Below are positions 61,340-64,000 of a DNA stretch of 64,000 nucleotides, in pieces; position 1 is the stretch's first letter, and each line of letters opens with the position of its first letter. The position numbers and the translations under genes were made by a program. Origin of the DNA: Takakia lepidozioides (Eukaryota > Plantae > Bryophyta); assembly GCA_030704615.1 (NCBI GenBank), contig CM060732.1:4340001-4404000 (forward strand), given 5' to 3'. Below the pieces are notes generated by a model. The model ran no database searches. It was not told where the DNA came from and saw only the letters and a list, made by a program, of their open reading frames with translations.

Positions 61340-64000
61340 AATAAATGCGACCGCCAATTCTGGCGGTCGCTTTATATTTCGGAAATTTAGAAATAAGAAC
61401 GACCGCCAATTCTGGCGGTCGCTTTATAATTCGGAATTTTAGAAATAAGAGCGACCGCCAACATGGCGTTCGCTTAATCTTTTTAATAAAAAAATAAAAA
61501 TTGGCGGACGCATTGGCGGTCGTCTAATTTTAAAAAAAAAAATAACAACCTCCGTATTGGCGATCACATAATTTTGAAAATATATAAAAACAAACGACCG
61601 CCAGAATTGGCAGTAGCTTGTTTTCAATAATACATAAAAAGCAAGGGACCGCCATAAGATGGCGGTCGCTTTATTTTACAACCATATTAAAAAAACCAGA
61701 GACCACCATAATCGTTGCATTTTCTGAAATTAAAATTATACAAGCGACCGCTAGTAATGGCCGTCGCTCCATTTATAAATATAAAAAAAAATAAAAAAAA
61801 ATAAATGCGACCAACATTACTGGCGGTCGCTGCATTTTCTGAAATTAAAAATATTTTTAAAAAACAAAAACAAAAACAAATCAAAACAACGACTGCCATA
61901 ATATATTTTTGGTTTTTTTTTTTTTGGAATTAAAGCAACCACCATAATATGGCGGTCGCTTTATTTTAAAAACATATTTAAAAAAACCAGCGACCGCCAT
62001 ATTATGGTGGTCATTATATTTTAAATATATTAAAAAATCCAGCGACCGCCATACTATGGCAATCGCTTTAATTTTTTTTTTAAAAAAATACAGCGACTCC
62101 CATAATATGGCGGTCACTTTATATTTAAAAAATAGTAATTTTTTTAAAAAACAATTCATTTCAGAAAATGCAGCGGCTGCCAGTAATGTCGGTCGTATTT
62201 ATTATTTAAAATAGAGCGACCGCAATTATTGGCGGTCGCTTTTGTTTTTGTTTTTTTTAAATACAGAGACTGCCATTACTGGCGGTCGCTTGTATAATTT
62301 TAATTAAAAAAAATGCAGCGACCGCCAGTAATGACGATCGCTTTTATTTTTTATTTTTTTAAATAGAGCGACCGCTATTATTGGTGGTCATTTAAAAAAT
62401 AATAATAGACCGACCGCCATTATTGGCGGTCGCTTGTATATTTTTAGTTTCTAAGAATACAGTGACCGCCAGTTATGGCGGTCGCATTTTTTTAATAAAA
62501 AAATAGATCGACCGCCATTATTGGCGGTCGATTTTATTTTTTAATTATTTTTAAATAGAGCGACGGCCTTTACTGACGGTCGCTTGTATATTTTTAGTCT
62601 GTAAAAATGCTGTGACCGCCAGTTATGGCGGTCGTTTTTATTTTTTATTTTAAAAAAATAAAGTGACGGCCATTACTGGTGGTCGCTTGTATATTTTTAA
62701 TTTTCTGAAAATGTTGCGACTACCAGTATTGGCGGGGGGTTTTTTTTTTTTAAAATTAAATTATATAATTAAATTATTATTAATTTAAATTATTTATTAA
62801 TTTAATTTTTTTAAATAATACGACCGTCGTTACTGGCGGTCGCTTTTTTGTTGTTTTTTAAAAATGTAGTGACCGCCACCATGGCGGTCGCTTTTCTAAA
62901 AGGTGTGCCTTACGCGTGGACCAAAGAATGAGAGGGGGGGGAGAGAGAGATAAGCCAAGGGAGACTCATTCTCCCCTCACTTCCTCTCCACACAACTTCT
63001 GTGCGACCGCCATTATTGGCGGTCGCTTTTGTTTATTATTTATTTTTAAATAGAGCGACGGCCATTACTAGCGATCACTTGTATATTTTTAATTTCTGAA
63101 AATGCTGCGACCACCAGTTATGCCGGTTGCTTTTATTTTTTAATTTCTTAAATAGAGCGACCGCCATTACTTGTAGTCGTTTGTATATTTATAATTTCCG
63201 AAAATATGGCGACTGTCAGTAATGGCGGTCGCTTTTGTTTTTTTTTGTTTTTTTTAATAGAGCGGCCGTCGTTACTGGCGGTCGCTTTTATTGTTTAATT
63301 TTTTAAATGTAGCGACCGCCATGAGGGCGGTCGTTTCTAGAAAGTGTGCCTTACGCGTGGACCAAGGAATGAAAAGGGGAGGGGGGGGGGCAGATAAGCC
63401 AAAGGAGGCTCATTCTCCCCTCACTTCCTCTCCACACAACTTATGTGCGACCGCCATTATTAGCGGTCGCTTTTGTTTTTGATTTATTTTTAAATTTAAC
63501 GACGGCCATTACTGACAGTCGCCTGTATATTTTTAATTTATGAAAATGCTGCGATCGCCAGTTATGGCGGTCGTTTTTTATTTTATTTTATTGCGATCGC
63601 CGTTACTGGTGGTCGCTTGTATATTTTTAATTTCTGAAAATGTTGCGACTGCCAGTTATGACGGTCGTTTTTTTTTTTTTTAATAGAGCGACCGTCATTA
63701 CCGGCGGTCGCTTTTATTGTTTAATTTTTTAAATAGAGCGACCGCCATTACTAGCGGTCGTTTTTTTTTTGTTTTTTAAAAATGTATCGACCGCCATGGT
63801 GGCAGTCGCTTCTAGAAGGTGTGTCTTACGTGTGGACCGAGGAATGACAAGTGGGGGTCAGATAAGCCAAGGGAGGCTCATTCTCCCCTCACTTCCTCTC
63901 CACACAACTTACGTGCGACTGCCATTATTGGCGGTCGCTTTTGTTTATTTATTTATTTATAAATAGAGCGACGGCCATTACTGGCGGTCGCTTGTATATT
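61340..64000. repeat. Array of GCGACCGCCA-N4-TGGCGGTCGC palindromes with AT-rich spacers, running off the window
   Basis: Roughly 50 units by eye. Three ~110-bp GTGTGCCTTACGCGTGGACC...CTCCACACAAC modules at about 62900, 63345 and 63820 define a ~450-bp higher-order repeat. Confidence 0.95.

Noticed and set aside
61340-64000. CRISPR-like repeat-spacer appearance
   Set aside because: Spacers are low-complexity, AT-rich and recur. Repeats are degenerate, there are no cas genes, and the context is eukaryotic.

Overview
Eukaryotic land-plant DNA, probably a non-seed plant such as a bryophyte (inferred from GT-AG introns, a PLS-class PPR remnant and the TE repertoire). The window opens with the last exon of SF3A1. 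The remaining ~63 kb is a nested transposon graveyard in which almost every ORF is broken. The main candidate for an undescribed system is a Mutator-like (MULE) transposase (GCM/WRKY-like Zn domain, DDE with CxxH, SWIM) present in three copies. Two of those copies sit head-to-head with a multi-exon gene encoding a ParB/Sulfiredoxin-fold domain (VWDGNHRL), and the window holds four such ParB-like genes. A SET-domain-like gene lies 3' of two of the three transposases, and arrays of short palindromes lie inside or next to these elements. Two unrelated retroelements also carry methyltransferase-like cargo. One is a Ty3/Gypsy with a C5-cytosine methyltransferase (motifs VI-X) between protease and RT. 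The other is a Dualen/RandI-like LINE with chromodomain, PCIF1-like N6-adenine MTase and RNase H. A tRNA-derived SINE shares a covarying structured 3' tail with an RLE-type LINE. All domain calls are by-eye motif recognition, and no database searches were run. Boundaries are approximate unless a TSD or splice site is quoted.
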